A stretch of DNA of 64,000 nucleotides from Squalus acanthias (GCA_030390025.1 CM059432.1:103294001-103358000), one strand, 5' to 3'; counted from the first letter of the stretch, positions 1 to 11,805 are shown. The notes: generated by a model from the letters alone, not told the origin. Made by a program: numbers and translations.

Positions 1-117
1 AGTATACTGTGTATTTTCTAGGCATTTCTACTGCAAATGGAATAAAAGCTTTTACTGGAAATTAAACCAGGAAAACTCCAATATCAAATTTAAAAATATT
101 GAAGACATTCAAGAACT

Positions 118-1075
118 ATGGAGCTTCCACTTGGAATTGCCTTTGTTCTTCTGCTGTGAGGAAGAGGATGATGAGGATCAGGAGGAGGAACGGATGGAGG
201 CCAAACTAATCCAGCATCATAGATGCAGTCTAGCCTCTTAATGCAGATACTCATACCAGAGAGTGTATAGACTAAGTTGATCTTTCATGCATTCATCTGC
301 AAGGTGGTGTCTGAGAAGGCTGCTCTTTCCAGCTGAGGTAATATCTGAGTTATAGTGCCATCTGACCCCTGAATTGCAACCCATTTCAACCAGATATACA
401 GCGCTGTCCAGTGCTGTGAAAATTACAACTGCATTGAACTCATATGCGACCGATCTTTCCAGACTGTTTCAGTAGGCATAAGCCACACAATTAAAACTGG
501 AATGAACCACTATATCAAAGCGGTAACAGGTGCCCTGGTCAGGCACACATCACAGTTCATTTCATTTCCTATCCAGCCAGAAAAGCAGAAATAGCGTACA
601 GCTAGTTTTACTATTTGGCTAACTGTCCCCAGGTTCACAGTGACATCGATACAACCCATGTGGCAATAAAGACTCCACATGAGCACCCGCTGAACTACAA
701 CAACAGAAAGGATTTTCACTCACTCAACATCCAGCTGATGTGTGATACCAGCCATATTATTTTTCATCTGAATGCATGCTATCCAGGAAGCTGCTTGATG
801 CTTTTGTGTTTTGCCAGTCTACCCTCCAAGGCTTATTCAACCAGCAGTATGTGCCCGGATGGCTGCTTGGTGACCTGGGATACCCTCTGCACCCATGGTT
901 GATGACCCCACTCCATCCAACTAAGAACAACAGAGGGGAATAGGTAACATGGCACAACAAAAATCCAAATTGAGCAGACTATCGGGAAACTGAAGTCTCG
1001 TTTCAGGTGTTTGGACAGGCCTGGAAGATCACTGCAGTACTACCCTTCAACGGTTTTGAGAATCATAGTGGCACA
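118..1075 (+). pseudogene. Degraded Harbinger (HARBI1-like DDE) transposase
   Basis: Frameshifted fragments read VKITTALN, IDTTHVAIK, NRKDFHSLNIQLMCD, YPGS, GWLLGDLGYP, PWLMTP and IEQTIGKLKSRFRCLDR, collinear with the transposases at 46348-47624 and 60649-61809. Several stops and frameshifts; no TIR found. Confidence 0.85.
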
Positions 1076-1220
1076 CCACTTGCTGCTGCATTTTGCTACT
1101 CTCAAAGCATTGATCTTTTTCTTTGCAGATAAGAAGAGGAAAAAGTACTAAGCCCTCAGGCTCAGCTTCAGGAAGAGGTTGCAAATGAGGGGGAAGAGAT
1201 GGTACTGATTGACGTTCAGG

Positions 1221-3330
1221 ACATTGGAACAGGAGTAGGCCATTTAACCCCTCGAGCCTGTTCCGCCATTCAATGAGATCATGGCTGATCTGTGACCGAA
1301 CTCCATATGCCTGCCTTTGCCCCATGTCCCTAAATACCCCTGGTTAACAGCAATCTATCAATCTCAGATATAAAATTAACAACTGATCTAGCATCAACTG
1401 CTGTTTACGGAAGAGAGTCCAAACTTTCACCACTCTTTGCATGTAGAAGTGTTTCCTAACTTCACTCCTGAAAGGCCTGGCTCTAATTTTTAGGTTATGT
1501 CCCTAGTCCTAGATTCCCCAACCAGCGGAAATAATTTCTCTCTATCTACCCTATCAGTTCCTCTTACTATCTTGAAAACTTCAATCAAATCACCCCTTAA
1601 TCTTGTAAATTCCAGGGAATACGACCCTAGTTTGTGTAATCTCTCCTCATAATTTAACCCTTGGAATCCAGGTATCATTCCAGTAAATTTTACACTGCAC
1701 TCCCTCCAAGGCCAATATATCCTTCCTAAGGTGTGGTGCCCAGAACTGGTCACAGTACTCCGGGTGTGGTCTAACCAGAGCTTTGTATAGCTGTAGCATG
1801 ATTTCTACCCCCTTGTACTCTAGTTCTCTGGATATAAAGGCCAGCATTCCATTAGCCTTTTTCATTTTGTTTGTACCTGTCCATGACATTTTAATGATCT
1901 ATGTACATGGATCCCTAAGTCTCTTTGGACCTCCACTGCTTCTAGCTTTACACCATTTCGAAAGTACTCTGATCTATCCTTTTTAGTCCAAAGTGGATGA
2001 CCTCACACTTGCCTACATTGAAATCCATTTGCCACAGTTTTGCCCATTCATTTAATCTATCAATATCTCTGTAATTTTTTGCTTCCATCTACACTGCTTA
2101 CAATGCCGCCTATCTTTGTGTCATCAGCAAATTTGGATATGTGGCTCTCTGTCCTGTCTTTTAAATCGTTAATAAATACAGTGAATAGTTGAGGCCCCAG
2201 TACAGATCCCTGTGGGACACAACTAGTCACATCTTGTCAATTAGAGTATCTGCCCATTATCCCTATTCCCTGTCTCCTGCCGCTCAGCCAATTTCCTAAC
2301 CAGGTCAATAATTTTCCCTCAATTCCATGAGCTTCAACTTTAGCTAACAGTCTCTTATGAGGGACTTTATTGAATGCTGGAAGTCCACATAAATAACATC
2401 CATAGACATTTGCCTGTCCACTACTTTAGTCACCTCGTCAAAAAATTCAATCAGGTATGTTAGGCATGACCTACCCTTTACAAATCCATGCTGGCTCCCT
2501 CTGATCAGCTGAAATTTTTCAAGGTGTTCAGTCACTCTATCCTTATTTATAGACTAGTAATTTCCCGACAACAGATGTTAGGCTAACCCTTTCTCATCTT
2601 TCAAATAACGGCGTGACGTGCAATTTTCTAATCTAAACGAATGGTTCCTGAATTGAGAGAACTTTGGAAGATCATAGTTAGGGCATCTGCAATGTTCTCA
2701 CCTACTTCCTTTAAAACCCTGGGATGAAAACCATTTGGTCCTGGGGATTTGTCACTCTTTAGCGCCACTATTTTCTTCATTACTGTTAATTTGCTTACAT
2801 TAATTATGGTGAGTCCCCATCCCTGAATCAATGTTAGTTTCCTTGGGATGTCCTCTACTGTAGATACTGATGCAAAGTAATTATTTAACATGTCCACCAT
2901 TTCCTTATTTTCATTTATCATATCACCATTATCAGTTTTTAGGGGCCCACATTGCTCTTAACCACCCTCTTTTTCCTAATATAATTGTAAAAGTTTTGTG
3001 TTGATTTTGATATTCCTTGCAAGTTTCTTTTCATGTTCCCTTTGGTAGCTCTTACTATCTGTTTTGTCACCCTTTGCTGTTCTTTGTATCTCTCCCATTC
3101 GCCAGGATCTCTGCTATTTTTTGCATTCTTGTAAGCTTGTTCTTTTAGTTTTATTCCTATTTGTCCCTTACCTCTTTCGTCATCCATGGCTGGGTTTTTT
3201 TTGGCAAGTAGAGCTCTTGCCCCTTAGGGGTATAAACTGGTTCTGTATCACATTAAATTCTTTTTTGAACACCTCCCACTGATCTTCTGTCATTTTACCC
3301 ATTAACAGATTTGCCCAGTTTACTGTGACA
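1221..3330 (-). mobile_element. CR1 LINE, 5'-truncated and degraded
   Basis: Minus-strand ORF2 fragments: KSPGPNGFHPRVLKE, QHGFVKGRSCLTYL, LYKALVRPHPEYC, RLRGDLIEVFK. Shark-type CR1 3' UTR at 1221-1490. Confidence 0.9.
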
Positions 3331-4041
3331 TTGCCACCTCCCTCCATAATGCCTACACCACTTTCATAGAATCATAGAATGATTACAGCATGGAAGAAGG
3401 CTATTCGGCCCATCGAGCCCGTGCCGGCTCTCTGCAAGAGCATTTCAGCTAGTCTCACTCCCCCGCCCTTTCCCCGTAGCCCTGGAAATTGTTTTCCTTC
3501 AGGTACTTAGCCAACTCCCTTTTGAAAGCCCTGATTGAATCTGCCTCCACCACCCTTTCAGGCAGTGCATTCCAGATCATAACCACTCGCTGCGTAAAAA
3601 AGTTTTTTCTTATGTTGCCTTTGGTTCTTTTGCCAATCACCTTAAATCTGTGTCCTCTGGTTCTTGACCCTTCTGCCAATGGGAACAGTTTCTCTCTATC
3701 TACTCTGTCCAGACCCCTTATAACTTTGAACACCTCTATCAAATCTCCTCTCACTCTTCGCTGCCATAAGGAGAACAACCCCAGCTTCTCCAGTCTATCC
3801 ACGTAACTGAAGTCCCTCATCCCTGGAATCATTCTCGTAAATCTTTTCTGCACCCTCTCTAAGGCCTTCACATCCTTCCTAAAGTGCGGTGCCTAGAATT
3901 GGACACAATACTTCAGTTGAGGCCGAACCAGTGTTTTGTACATGTTCATCATAATTTCCATGCTTTTGTACTCTATGCCTCTATTCATGAAATTGAGAGG
4001 TCGCACAACACCAGGTTATAGTCCAACAGTTTTATTTGAAA

Positions 4042-4083
4042 TCACAAGCTTTCGGAGCTATCGATTGCCCCTTCCTCAGGTGA
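4042..4083 (-). ncRNA. Minimal hammerhead ribozyme in the inverted pLTR copy
   Basis: Reverse complement of 6560-6601. Confidence 0.78.
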
Positions 4084-4463
4084 AGTAAATAGATACAGAA
4101 TCGCCAAAGCATATATAGATAGAGAACAAAGCATGTGTACCTTACAATTGCAGACCACTAAATTAAATCATCCTGACTATCTGCCGAGGTGTGATAAAGT
4201 TAATCAGGTCAGCCAGGAAGGTACCACATCAAAGACATAGCAAGATACAACTGAGACAATGAGGTGTAGTCGCAGGGGTTCTAACGTGTCAAAAGCTGCC
4301 GTCTGTATGTAAAACGAAAAGCTTTAAAATTTTTACTTTTTTACTGGGAAAATTTTTACTTTTTTACTGGGAATCACATCTGTGAACAAGCCAACGATGA
4401 CTCGAGTCCGGATCACGTCATGTATCGTGACATAAACCCAAGATCCCGGTTGAGACCGTCTTC

Positions 4464-6230
4464 ATGAGAACGGACTATTGTAAAGAAGCATACCGACAAC
4501 TGGACAACCAGGAACACTACAGACAGCTACCCGCAGATCCGACCAAAGAACACACCCGCCAACTCAATAGACTGATCAAGACCTTCGATCCAGACCTTCA
4601 AAACATCCTACGCGCTCTCATCCCACGTACTCCCCGCGTGGGAGACTTCTACTGCCTCCCAAAGATACACAAAGCCAACACACCCGGACGTCCTATCGTA
4701 TCAGGCAATGGAACCCTGTGTGAGAACCTCTCTGGATACGTCGAGGGCATTCTGAAACCCATCGTACAGGGAACCCCCAGCTTCTGTCGCGACACTACAG
4801 ACTTCTTACAGAAACTCAGCAGCCACGGACCAGTTGAACCAGGAACACTCCTTGCCACGATGGACGTATCGGCACTCTACACCAGTATCCCCCACGATGA
4901 CGGCATCGCTGCAACAGCCTCAGTACTCAACACCAACAACAGCCAATCTCCAGACGCCATCCTACAACTCATCCGCTTCATCCTTGACCACAATGCCTTC
5001 ACCTTTGACAACCATTTTTTTACCCAAACACACGGAACAGCCATGGGGACCAAATTCGCACCCCAATACGCCAACATCTTCATGCACAAGTTCGAGCAAG
5101 ACTTTTTCGCTGCACAGGACCTCCAGCCAACGCTGTACACCAGATACATCGACGACATTTTCTTCCTTTGGACCCATGGCGAAGGATCACTGAAAAGACT
5201 ACACGATAACATAAACAAGTTCCATCCCACCATCAAACTCACCATGGACGACTCCTCAGAATCGGTTTCATTCCTGGACACACGAATCTCCATCAAAGAC
5301 GGACACCTCAGCACTTCACTCTACCGCAAGCCCACGGACAACCTCACGATGCTCCACTTCTCCAGCTTCCACCCTAACCATGTTAAAGAAGCCATCCCCT
5401 ATGGACAAGCCCTGCGAATACACAGGATCTGCTCAGATGAGGAGGAACGCGATGGACACCTACGGACGCTGAAAAACGCCCTCGTAAGAACGGGATATGA
5501 CGCTCGACTCATCGATCGACAGTTCCGACGGGCCACAGCGAAAAATCGCATAGACCTCCTCAGAAGGCAAACACGGGACACAACCAACAGAGTACCCTAC
5601 GTCGTCCAGTACTTCCCCGGAGCGGAGAAACTACGCCATGTTCTTCGCAGCCTTCAACATGTCATTGATGACGACAAACACCTCCCTAAGGCCATCCCCA
5701 CGCCTCCACTACTTGCCTTCAAACAGCCGCCTAACCTCAGAAGTACCATCGTTCGCAGCAAATTACCCAGCTTTCAGGATAACAGCGACCACAACACCAC
5801 ACAACCCTGCCACGGCAAACTCTGCAAGACATGCCAGATCATCAACACAGATACCATCATCACACGTGAGGACACTAACCACCAGGTACATGGTACATAC
5901 TCATGTGACTCGGCCAACGTTGTCTACCTCATACGTTGCAGGAAAGAATGCACCGCGGCATGGTACATCGGCGAGACCATGCAGACACTGAGACAACGTA
6001 TGAACGAGCACCGCGCAACAATCGCCAGGCAGGATTGTTACCTCCCAGTCGGGGAACACTTCAGCAGTCAAGGACATTCAGCCTCGGATCTGCGGGTAAG
6101 CGTTCTCCAAGGCAACCTTAGAAACACACGACAACGCAAAATCATCGAGCAGAAACTGATAGCCAAGTTCCGCACTCATGAAGACGGTCTCAACCGGGAT
6201 CTTGGGTTTATGTCACGATACATGATGTGA
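4464..6230 (+). CDS. Penelope-like reverse transcriptase + Cys linker + GIY-YIG endonuclease (N-terminally truncated, otherwise open)
   Basis: RT motifs FYCLPKIHK, GRPIVS, MDVSALYTSIP, GTAMG and RYIDDIF. CxxxxCxxC linker (CHGKLCKTC). GIY-YIG region VVYLIRC..WYIGET..LRQRMNEH..HF..EQKLI..GLNRD. The ATG lies at the junction with the inverted pLTR. Confidence 0.93.
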   Translation: MRTDYCKEAYRQLDNQEHYRQLPADPTKEHTRQLNRLIKTFDPDLQNILRALIPRTPRVGDFYCLPKIHKANTPGRPIVSGNGTLCENLSGYVEGILKPIVQGTPSFCRDTTDFLQKLSSHGPVEPGTLLATMDVSALYTSIPHDDGIAATASVLNTNNSQSPDAILQLIRFILDHNAFTFDNHFFTQTHGTAMGTKFAPQYANIFMHKFEQDFFAAQDLQPTLYTRYIDDIFFLWTHGEGSLKRLHDNINKFHPTIKLTMDDSSESVSFLDTRISIKDGHLSTSLYRKPTDNLTMLHFSSFHPNHVKEAIPYGQALRIHRICSDEEERDGHLRTLKNALVRTGYDARLIDRQFRRATAKNRIDLLRRQTRDTTNRVPYVVQYFPGAEKLRHVLRSLQHVIDDDKHLPKAIPTPPLLAFKQPPNLRSTIVRSKLPSFQDNSDHNTTQPCHGKLCKTCQIINTDTIITREDTNHQVHGTYSCDSANVVYLIRCRKECTAAWYIGETMQTLRQRMNEHRATIARQDCYLPVGEHFSSQGHSASDLRVSVLQGNLRNTRQRKIIEQKLIAKFRTHEDGLNRDLGFMSRYMM

Positions 6231-6559
6231 TCCGTACTCGAGTCGTCGTTGGCTTGTTCACAGATGTGATTCCCAGTAAAAAAGTAAAAATTTTCCCAGT
6301 AAAAAAGTAAAAATTTTAAAGCTTTTCGTTTTACATACAGACGGCAGCTTTTGACACGTTAGAACCCCTGCGACTACACCTCATTGTCTCAGTTGTATCT
6401 TGCTATGTCTTTGATGTGGTACCTTCCTGGCTGACCTGATTAACTTTATCACACCTCGGCAGATAGTCAGGATGATTTAATTTAGTGGTCTGCAATTGTA
6501 AGGTACACATGCTTTGTTCTCTATCTATATATGCTTTGGCAATTCTGTATCTATTTACT

Positions 6560-6601
6560 TCACCTGAGGAAGGGGCAATCGATAGCTCCGAAAGCTTGTG
6601 A
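6560..6601 (+). ncRNA. Minimal type I hammerhead ribozyme in the 3' pLTR
   Basis: TCAC-CTGAGGA-A-GGGGC(aatcgata)GCTCC-GAAA-GC-TT-GTGA: CUGANGA and GAAA core, 5-bp stem II, stem I TCAC/GTGA and palindromic AAGCTT at stem III, as known for PLE hammerheads. Confidence 0.8.
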
Positions 6602-7059
6602 TTTTAAATAAAACTGTTGGACTATAACCTGGTGTTGTGCGACCTCTCAATTTTGTCCACCCCAGTCCAACACCGGCATCTCCGCATCATGACCTCTATT
6701 CATGAAGCCCAGGATCCCATAAGCTTTATTAACTGCTTTCTCAACCTGCCCTGCCACCTTCAACAATTTCTGCACATATACCCCTAGGTCTCTCTGTTCA
6801 TGTACCCCCTTTAGGATTGTACCCTTTAGTTTATATTTTCTCTCCTCATTCTTCCTACCAAAATGTATCACTTCGCACTTTTCTGCGTTAAATTTCATCT
6901 GCCACGTGTCTGCCCATTTCACCAGCCTGTCTATGTCTTCCTGAAGTCTATCACTATCCTCCTCACTGTTCACTATACTTCCAAGTTTTGTGTCATCTGC
7001 AAATTTTGAAATTGTGCCCTGTACACCCACATCCAAGTTATTAATATATATAAAGAAAA

Positions 7060-7266
7060 AAGTGAGAAGTCGCACAACACCAGTTTATAGTCCAACAGTT
7101 TTATTTGAAATCACAAGCTTTCGGAGCTGCTGCCCCTTCGTCAGGTGACGAAGGAGCAGTGCTCCGAAAGCTTGTGATTTCAAATAAAACTGTTGGACTA
7201 TAACCTGGTGTTGTGCGACTTCTCACTTTTGTCCACCCCAGTCCAACACCGGCATCTCCGCATCAT
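7060..7266 (+). mobile_element. Non-autonomous palindromic mini-Penelope (inverted pLTR end + pLTR end + tail)
   Basis: 7059-7148 is inverted relative to 7146-7230. Same tail as 6653-6690. TSD ATATAT(a/c)AAGAAAA at 7046-7059 and 7265-7278. Confidence 0.9.
7111..7148 (-). ncRNA. Minimal hammerhead ribozyme
   Basis: Minus strand reads TCAC-CTGACGA-A-GGGGCagcaGCTCC-GAAA-GCTT-GTGA. Confidence 0.75.
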
Positions 7267-9352
7267 ATATCAAGAAAAGCAGTGGTCCTAGAACCGACCC
7301 CTGGGGAACACCACTGTATACCACTTTCATGAAGCCCAGGATCTCGTAAGCTTTTTTAACCACTTTCTTATTAGGTTTCCTCTCATCCATGCCTAGGCGT
7401 TGGTCCCCCTTTGTCCTTTTTTCTGCCAGAGGCATCAGTGAATGCTGGGGCTCTTAGTGCTGCTCCTGCACCTGAAACTTCTCCTCCTTTAGACATTGCT
7501 GTAATTCAATGCATGTTGCCAGGATTTCCAAGTCACCTGCCCCTTTTAGCAGTTGCAGTAATTTAAAGACTGTGTTGAATGCTGTTTGCCAGACTCTTTC
7601 AAAAATAGAAAGCTGGCCATTGAGGAGATTCTTAATTAACTCTTTGTGCCTCTGTTAGTGCTAAATAATAGGAAAGATTTTTCTGTGTACTTTAGAAGTG
7701 GTGTATCTCTGCATTGTCCATTACTTACCCATTAGTTTACTCTGTCCTGTCAGCACATAAGGTTGTATGATCAGTTAAAACTGACTATAATCTAGATTTG
7801 CAATGGCTGGGTTGTTAGTGGTGAATAAAAGTATTGAGGCCTCTTGAGACAGGGTATAGGAAAGGCATGTGCTATTCTTGCACACTCTGATAGTTCAGTA
7901 TCATGACTATGGATTGTGTATAACTTCTTACCCTTGTACAAATACTGGAACAATGGCAAGTGTTGTTCTCTATGTAAAGATTAGTTCCTGAACCCATTCC
8001 AGTTGAATGGGATGTGGCACCAAAATTGCAATCTGGGAGAATGTAAGAGCAGGTATCCCAGGCATTTGAGCTGTACGTGAAGAAGGGCTAGCCACAATTT
8101 TTCCTTGGATTTACATTTACAAAAGAAGGATCAGAATTTGAGATTTAATTTTAGTCCCCAGGTAATTTTGTTCCAGTCTCTCTGGTATGTTTTGGGATGT
8201 AGTGATTCTGTACTTTCTATATCTATCAGAATTAGGCTCTATGCATCCAAACTGTCAGTTCTTTTAACTGTCAATTCACCACCAAGTAGAAAATTACATT
8301 TTAGACCATAAACATACTTTTAGTGGTGTTAATGCTGTTTTGCATAATCTGACATGGATTTAACACAGCGATAAATATTTTTCACTAGTGAACTATAAAA
8401 ACACCAACTTATCCAATTATGAGAGTTGGGTATCAATCTAATCAACTTAATTATGTCTGACATATTTCAATACTTTAAACTGCTTATTCCATCAGCATTA
8501 TAAGTAACAGTTGAATAGGCATTATTACCCCCTAGAGACTTAGGGCAATATATACTTGATAAGAGTTTACAATATAAAACGAGTGTTCAAACATTACTGA
8601 TGTGTTATGAAACAACACTGATGATCTTTTATACTACTGCTGCTGCTTAGTCTAATATGTGCAATGAACCTATTTGTTTTGCATTATATTGCTCAAGTGT
8701 TCTGAACAGGCCCTTAGGAAAAGTATGCAATTGCAACATTTTTGTGGCAAAAGTAAATTAGAGGCTTCAAATGACACAAGGCAAACCATCTTCTGCTTGA
8801 GAATATTAATGAATGCAGAACCCAGAGGATAAAAGAACACAATGGGGTATATTTTATTCTCTATTTAAAGCTAAAGAAATATTATTTTACTAAACTGTGG
8901 ACGTTTATAATGGCAAAATTGGTTAAAAATTAGTAAAATAATCATTTTTACACATGGAACAAAATATATCCCATCGATAGGGGAGGGAGGGAAGCTTCAT
9001 GGGCAAATCTGTTTTTGCAAAGTTTACAGTACCTTTTCTTAGTACAGTTTTAGTACAGTGTTGATTTTATTATAATTTTAAAAAATCTTTTGGGGAGGGT
9101 CATTTATTTTTATTTCTTCAGGTAAGTTTATTTTTAAAGTGCCTAAAAAATAGTATTTAATGGTTAAGGTGGTGCAAGATGAAAGGGAGTTCAGAAGACA
9201 CAAGACCTCAGAACATCCCACCAGCCAATGATTGAGGACAACTGCTGCAGTTTGCTACAGGTCATCAGGGAGCCAGCTGCAAAGTTTGGACACCTGCAGC
9301 CAAGTTGCAACATGCAAATTGCTCCCACTGTTCAGTTAATCACACACTCTCT

Positions 9353-10197
9353 GGGCTGGATTTTGAATCTGGGGTCGGGTTGGGGTCGGGAATCACACAT
9401 TCTGGCTTATGAACCCGCCTCCATCGAGATGTGGCCAACCCACTGTATTTTCCCTTGATTGACCTTGTTGAGCCCGCCCAGTGGGCTCAGCAGGCCAATT
9501 AAGGGCCACCCGGCAACAGGTGACATCACAGATTGACATTTCATCTGTCAAGAGCTTTTGACAGATGAAATATCAGCGTTTGACAGCTCTGTGAAGCTGT
9601 CAAACACTCACAATATGATTTCTAACTTCAGTCCTTCCTTTCAGGCTGAGTTAGAAATCATTCCAGCACAGAAAACAGAAGGCTGCTGTTTTTGACAGGT
9701 CCACGGCTTTCCTGCTTTCTGTGCCGATGAGATTTCTAACTCCCGAGAACTGAAGGGCTGACACCTGCAGGAGGAAGTTAAGGTAAGTAAAACTTTTTTC
9801 AACACTTAGCACTTACCTTACACACTTACCTCTGCACACATGCACCCATCACTCACCTGCCCACCGGACATATCGACCCCTCCAACCCCTGCAGACCCAC
9901 GGCCCGACCCGATAACTTGGAGTGTTTGCCACCTGTCGGGAAGCCCACACTTCTGTTTTTAAAATAGGGATTATGCAAAAAACTGCCTGTTAACTACCTG
10001 TTAACAGGCAGTTAATTGTCACTAATCCCTTCCCGCCTCGGGGAGTCGGGTCTCAGACCAGTTCGGGTACCCGCCACCAGAGAAACTGGCATGGAGGCGG
10101 GATGGGGTCGGGACCCCCGAATCTGCAACTTTAACCCCCCCCCCACCACCCCCCCCGACTCCAAACCCGACTCCACGGGTCATTCAAAATCCAGCCC
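9353..10197. mobile_element. Harbinger-type MITE
   Basis: TIR GGGCTGGATTTTGAAT / ATTCAAAATCCAGCCC; 3-bp TSD TCT; GTCGGG/CCCGAC subterminal repeats; TIR resembles the right end of the 45821-50146 element. Confidence 0.85.
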
Positions 10198-10404
10198 TCT
10201 GTATCTCATATATGTCTTTTATTTTTTTGAATACTCTGTTTATGCCTCTTATTGTCTCATGCTGATATCACTTCTGCCATTTAACCATATCCCATTTTCC
10301 ACTTAAGCACTTTACGTGTTTTTGGATTTCTTCTCATGTGTGTGTTTTCCTCCCCCTTCCCTTTGTTCTATTCCTTTTTAAATGTTCTTCAATTGTAATA
10401 GCTT

Positions 10405-10522
10405 CCAGTTTTGACAAAGCATTAACTTGTCTGTCCTCTTCACAGATGTTGACTGTCCTGCTGAGCGTTTCCAGCATTTTCTGTTTTTGTTTCAGATTTC
10501 CAGCATCTGCAGTTTTTTTTGC
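10405..10522 (+). mobile_element. Probable 3' fragment of a second Penelope-like family
   Basis: ACAGATG..CCTGCTGAG..TTTCAGATTTCCAGCATCTGCAG, which I recognise from memory as a chondrichthyan PLE end. A diverged inverted copy lies at 11806-11908. Confidence 0.5.
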
Positions 10523-10728
10523 TTTTCACCCATTTCTTTTCCTATTCACAGAATTTTCATTAAACTGAAAAATGAGCTTTCAGAGGACCCATCATCTGAA
10601 GGATGCTCCACGGAGTCACATTCTGCATGCAACAGCACAACAGTCAGAGAGGAATTGGAACCTGCTCCACAATTCATGCAGACTGGCCTTCAGAGGAGCT
10701 GAAGGGGCTCTGAATGACAGTCCGTATT

Positions 10729-11659
10729 TACAATGAATCCCCACCTATCACGCATATGTTGAATGTCCTGAATTAAGTGTGATGTCATTCTATGTAAATT
10801 TTGTAGAAACACATGAACTCAGAGGTAATTCAATTTTCTTACAAATACATCATCTACTGCACTGCAGCCAGATTGCTTGCTCCATAATGTTACACATGAT
10901 TAGGATGCATCCTTAGGCTCGGCCAGAAGGAGGACTTTTGCTGGTTTTTCTCCATTCATGATCAGCTCAAATATAGAGTTGTCCTCGTCGCTCACATCTA
11001 AATTGTATCATTTGAATACAGTTAATAGGAAATACGTGCCAATTGCTATAATTCACTTGAATATTCCTGTATGGTTACTGCAATGGGAATAACAACAGAT
11101 GGTACTAAAATGCTGACCTCCATTGATGCAGGTGGAACAACTGCAATGTCTACACTGAACTGGGCTAGGGGATTGAAGGCGGGGGGGGGGGGTGCAATAA
11201 AGACACCAACATGGCCAGTTCTGCTTCAGCAGTTAGCTCTGCCTTTATACAAAATGTGGTAAGGAAAATCGAGTGGTATATAACATATGTTTAGCGGCTT
11301 TAACGTAGACAAATGCCCCAAGGCTCATATATACGCATGTGAACAACTTCTCTTACTTACTCCCTCTCTCCTCTGTATCCTTGTTTTGATCAGCAGTCCC
11401 ACGTAGCCTGGCACTATAAGTACATGGAGTACAAATTGAATGTGACAAAGCTGGGCCTACGGCCTAGCCTAGGAATTGCAGCATAAGTCATGTGTAACAT
11501 TATGGAACAAGCAATTTGGCTGCAGTGCAGCAGATGTTGTCTTTGTAAGAAAATTGAATTATCTGTGAGTTTGTGTGCTTCTACAAAATTTACATAGAAT
11601 TGCATTACACTTAATTCAGGATATTCAGATATGTGCATTAGAGGGGGGGATTTATTGTA
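10729..11659. repeat. Diverged ~200-bp inverted repeat pair (10729-10930 / 11456-11659)
   Basis: For example TCCTGAATTAAGTGT..TTCTATGTAAATTTTGTAGAA..CTGCACTGCAGCCA..CCATAATGTTACACATGA matches the reverse complement of the right arm. Confidence 0.85.
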
Positions 11660-11805
11660 CGCAGGTTTATAGTCAACATGGTTATTTATCATGTAGACCA
11701 TCCAAATCCGAGGATGCGTTAGTTTTAACACTCAATGCTGATGTGCAATACATAGAGCTGCACTACAATGGGAATGGTTTGATTTCTAGGAACTATTCTC
11801 AACAA

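Larger units (their letters stand above)
3992..6690 (+). mobile_element. Penelope-like retroelement (Neptune-type), 5'-truncated, with inverted 5' pLTR and 3' tail
   Basis: 3991-4468 is the reverse complement of 6175-6652. An unpaired ~38-bp tail follows (6653-6690). TSD CCTCTATTCATGAA at 3978-3991 and 6693-6706. RT + GIY-YIG ORF inside. Confidence 0.95.
3365..7325 (-). mobile_element. CR1 LINE 3' portion, split by two Penelope-type insertions (pieces 3365-3991, 6693-7059, 7265-7325)
   Basis: ORF2 C-terminal motifs SGVPQGSVLGPLLFLIY, KFADDTKL, WQMKFNAEKC and RGDLIEVFK. CATAGAAT 3' microsatellite at ~3367-3380. The CR1 sequence reads through once both insertions and their TSDs are removed. 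Confidence 0.9.
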
